Shown here piece after piece: positions 37,995 through 40,859 of a DNA stretch of 40,859 bases (positions are counted from its first letter, which is position 1; each line of letters opens with the position of its first letter). The translations under genes were made by a program, and so were the position numbers. Origin of the DNA: Alphaproteobacteria bacterium (GTDB lineage: Bacteria; Pseudomonadota; Alphaproteobacteria; RUG11792); NCBI GenBank assembly GCA_017471265.1, contig JAFUUW010000002.1, positions 1 to 40,859 of the forward strand, written 5' to 3'. The notes under the pieces were generated by a model. It was not told the origin of the DNA and did not search any database. It saw only the letters and a list, made by a program, of their open reading frames with translations.

Positions 37995-39197
37995 CTATCC
38001 CATTTCCTTGTCCACAGCGGCGGCGACACAGGAATCTGACCACACGTTTAGGGCGGTTTCGATCATATCGATTACGCTGTATATTGGCAAAATCATTCCA
38101 AGCAGGGGCATTGGTATGTCCATAGATGACAGGAGGCTGGCGCTCAGGAAGAAGCAGCCCATAGGTACACCGGCATTTCCAACGGCGGCTATGGTGGCGA
38201 TGATTATCCAAGTCAGCATTGTGAGCGGAGTGATTACGACGCCATAGTTTTGCATTACGTATATGACTGTCGTGAAAATGAATGCAGCACAGCCGTTCAT
38301 ATTTATGGTGGTGCAAAGAGGGAGGACGAAACGGCTAACCTCCTTTTTGATACCGAGGGTTTCCGCGGCAGTCATCGTAACTGGCAATGTGCCAGATGAA
38401 GACTTCGAGAAGAACGCAACTGACAGCGCAGGCAGCATAGCTCTACCAACTCGAAGTGGATTAATTTTCTTCGAAGCAAGAAACAGGGGGAGGACAAGCA
38501 CGCCTTGCAGTAGATTTGCGAGAACGATAACCAAGAAATACGTCCCCATTCCATTCAAAGACATTTTTCCATTCAGTTCCACAACTCCAACGGTTATAAA
38601 ACCGAACAAGCCGATGGGGAGTATTTTTACGATGAATTTTATAACTGCAAAGAAGATACCGTGGAGACCGTCGAAAAAATTTTGCACAGTCTCGCGAGCA
38701 CTTGAATTTTCGATGCTTCGAATGGATATACCGACTATGAGGCTGATGAGAAGTACGCTCAAAACTTTATGCTCAAGAAACGAATTTACAATGCCGTCAG
38801 GAATAACCTCCAATAGATACTTGGCATATCCTGTCGAGGAAATTTTTTCAACAGGAGCATCGGCAAATTGCATACCGACGTTAGCTGGCGATATAACGGA
38901 GTACAATATTGCGCTGACTGTCGCAGCGGCTATGGTTGTGGCTAACGTGTACTTCAGGGTCTTTTTCCAGACTTTGTTCATAGCCTTGTCGGCGCCATAT
39001 CCAGAAAGAGCCACGATAACAGACAAAGAAATGATAGGCATACTGACGCAGCGGAAAATCCTGACAAATGCTTCGGAGCAAAATTTCCCTATTTCTTCCA
39101 ACAAAGAAATGCCGGACAAACCACAGGCTATCCCCAGAGCTATGGCAATGATATAAAGCCAAAATCTATTGGACGAATGACCGCAGCAGCTGCACAT
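37995..39197 (-). CDS. Dicarboxylate/amino acid:cation symporter (DAACS family, GltP/DctA/SstT-like)
   Basis: 400-aa polytopic ORF with FFSKSSSGTLPVTM and the NMNGCA reentrant-loop motifs typical of DAACS transporters. Confidence 0.85.
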   Translation of the reverse strand: MCSCCGHSSNRFWLYIIAIALGIACGLSGISLLEEIGKFCSEAFVRIFRCVSMPIISLSVIVALSGYGADKAMNKVWKKTLKYTLATTIAAATVSAILYSVISPANVGMQFADAPVEKISSTGYAKYLLEVIPDGIVNSFLEHKVLSVLLISLIVGISIRSIENSSARETVQNFFDGLHGIFFAVIKFIVKILPIGLFGFITVGVVELNGKMSLNGMGTYFLVIVLANLLQGVLVLPLFLASKKINPLRVGRAMLPALSVAFFSKSSSGTLPVTMTAAETLGIKKEVSRFVLPLCTTINMNGCAAFIFTTVIYVMQNYGVVITPLTMLTWIIIATIAAVGNAGVPMGCFFLSASLLSSMDIPMPLLGMILPIYSVIDMIETALNVWSDSCVAAAVDKEMG

Positions 39198-39201
39198 ATC
39201 A

Positions 39202-40047
39202 CTACCCCATCAGATCCTTCAAAAACTTGTCTATCGAGAACTTCTCGAAGTCCGTTTCACGTTCTCCTTTGCCTACGCCCAATATCGGCAATTTAAATTC
39301 ATCGGCAATTCTGACTATCGCTCCTCCCTTAGCGTGTCCGTCCAACTTGGTTATTATGCCCCCGGAGAGTGGTTGAACTTTCCCGAACTCTCGCACTTGG
39401 TCGACAAGGTTTTGTCCTGTCGTAGCGTCCAGAACCAATACGGTGAGATGCGGAGCTGTTTCATCAAGCTTATTCAGAACGCGATGCAACTTTGCCAACT
39501 CAGTCATCAGATTTGTGTTGTTATGCAGTCGCCCCGCTGTGTCCACTAGTAAAACATCGCTTTGAGCAGTCTTAGCTCCACTCAACGCTTCGAATGCAAC
39601 GCTTGCGGGATCCCTTTGCGCGTCTGCCTTGAATATACGGCACCCGAGCCTATTTGCCCATTCAGAAAGCTGATCGGTTGCAGCGGCACGGAACGTATCG
39701 CAAGCGGCTATGTCCACAGTCAATTCTTGCCGCTGAAACATACGCGCCAACTTCGCGATGGTCGTCGTTTTTCCGCTTCCGTTTACTCCCTCGAGCACAA
39801 TCACGAAAGGCTTTTTTTCCCTGTCGATCTGCATCTCACCAATCAGTGGCAGCATAATTTCTTCAAGCTTCACCTTTAGTGCTGCGGACAGATCGTCGGC
39901 TCGCTTCAGCTCTTTTGTCAACTTAGCAGCTAACTCAACGCCAAAATCTGCCTCAATCAACGTATCTTCTAGTTCGAATTCATCGATTTTCGAAGCGCTA
40001 CCGGTTAGCCTTGAGAAAACGGATTTCAGCTTTTTGAAAAACGACAT
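39202..40047 (-). CDS. ftsY: Signal recognition particle receptor FtsY (short form, no acidic A domain)
   Basis: The NG domain shows GVNGSGKTTTIAKLA, DTFRAAA, LLVDTAGR and TKLDGHAKGG. Confidence 0.95.
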   Translation of the reverse strand: MSFFKKLKSVFSRLTGSASKIDEFELEDTLIEADFGVELAAKLTKELKRADDLSAALKVKLEEIMLPLIGEMQIDREKKPFVIVLEGVNGSGKTTTIAKLARMFQRQELTVDIAACDTFRAAATDQLSEWANRLGCRIFKADAQRDPASVAFEALSGAKTAQSDVLLVDTAGRLHNNTNLMTELAKLHRVLNKLDETAPHLTVLVLDATTGQNLVDQVREFGKVQPLSGGIITKLDGHAKGGAIVRIADEFKLPILGVGKGERETDFEKFSIDKFLKDLMG

Positions 40048-40056
40048 ACCGCCCGC

Positions 40057-40859
40057 CTATACAGCAAATCTCTCGACATTCGCTCCACAAGCAGTGAGCT
40101 TCTCCTCAATCCGCTCGTACCCACGATCTATATGGTACAACCGATTAACTATGGTTTCGCCTTCAGCGATGAGCCCCGCTATGACGAGAGAAACCGATGC
40201 TCGCAGATCTGTTGCCATAACCTGCGCCCCCGAGAGGTGGGGTACTCCTGTGATAACTGCCACTCGACCATGAACCGATATGTTAGCCCCCATCCGCGAT
40301 AACTCGGGAATGTGCATAAACCTATTCTCGAATATATTTTCCGTAACAGATGCAGCCCCAGAGCAGATGGACATAAGAACCGTATACTGCGCCTGCAGGT
40401 CAGTTGGAAATCCAGGATACGGAGCCGTTCGTATATCCATTGGATAAATCGTATCTCCATTGCGATATACCAGTACACCGCTGCCGGTATCCTCGTAGGT
40501 TACCCCGGCCAGGAACAATGTCTCGAAAAACGACGTCAGATGATCATAACGGCAATTCCGCAATAGCAATTTTCCATTGGTTGCAGCAGCGGCAATTGCG
40601 TATGTTCCAGCCTCAATTCTGTCGGGAATTATCTCAAACTCCGCTCTATGCAGTGCGTCAACACCTTCGATAGTAATCGTCGAACTTCCAGCTCCCGTTA
40701 TGTGCGCTCCCATTTTGTTCAGAAGTTCGCAGAATGCCTCGACTTCAGGCTCCATGGCTGCGTTAATCAACCTTGTTGTCCCTTTTGCAAGAACCGCTGC
40801 CATCAATATATTTTCCGTACCCGTTACCGTCGTCATTGGAAAAGTTATGTCGCAACCGG
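40057..40859 (-). CDS. murA: UDP-N-acetylglucosamine 1-carboxyvinyltransferase (partial; the 5' end lies beyond the window edge)
   Basis: The sequence reads ..GTENILMAAVLAKGTTRLINAAMEPEV..FPTDLQAQ..ATDLRASVSLVIAGLIAEGET..IDRGYE, which corresponds to the C-terminal ~265 aa of MurA. The reading frame is open to position 40859. Confidence 0.93.
   Translation of the reverse strand, partial: GCDITFPMTTVTGTENILMAAVLAKGTTRLINAAMEPEVEAFCELLNKMGAHITGAGSSTITIEGVDALHRAEFEIIPDRIEAGTYAIAAAATNGKLLLRNCRYDHLTSFFETLFLAGVTYEDTGSGVLVYRNGDTIYPMDIRTAPYPGFPTDLQAQYTVLMSICSGAASVTENIFENRFMHIPELSRMGANISVHGRVAVITGVPHLSGAQVMATDLRASVSLVIAGLIAEGETIVNRLYHIDRGYERIEEKLTACGANVERFAV

Noticed and set aside
38263-39156. Long plus-strand ORFs antisense to real genes: 38263-39156 (297 aa), 26126-26815 (229 aa), 32221-32934 (237 aa), 2423-2956 (177 aa), 39758-40273 (171 aa), 32540-33121 (193 aa)
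   Set aside because: Each lies entirely within a strongly supported minus-strand gene (the DAACS transporter, dnaE, groEL, uvrB, ftsY/murA). Their composition is low-complexity or odd, and I found no recognisable motifs. They are typical shadow ORFs.

Overview
This is a 40.9-kb chromosomal segment. Gene content suggests a host-associated alphaproteobacterium with an eroding genome, but that is an inference I could not verify by search. The supporting genes are groES-groEL behind a CIRCE operator, a GcrA-like HTH protein, tadA, hppA, lpxA/fabZ and murA. I can support about 28 CDS, most on the minus strand: dps, uvrB, infA, a type II restriction-modification pair, dnaQ, nuoB, an rluB-like gene, tadA, hppA, rlmE, a 3-gene glycosyltransferase cluster, infC-secG-fabZ-lpxA, dnaE, a MenA-like prenyltransferase, groESL, a serine hydrolase, a DAACS symporter, ftsY and partial murA. 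There are also 4 tRNAs: Lys-CUU, Glu-CUC, Asp-GUC and Leu-CAG. The main feature is repeat and mobile-element debris, which is roughly 15% of the window. First, there are at least 11 degenerate copies of one IS200/IS605-family (tnpA-only) element. All are pseudogenised but keep subterminal hairpins, and two sibling copies share the same internal deletion. Second, there are five copies of a ~165-bp GC-rich nested palindromic element, all intergenic. Third, there are single relics of an IS1595-family and an IS5-family transposase. Other notable points are a 14-nt poly-G tract inside the 5' end of a glycosyltransferase gene (a candidate phase-variation switch), a decayed second copy of the dnaQ 3' end cut by an IS200 relic, and accessory genes bracketed by same-orientation IS200 relics. 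I did not see a CRISPR array, rRNA or intact transposase. No canonical multi-gene defence system was recognised beyond the R-M pair.
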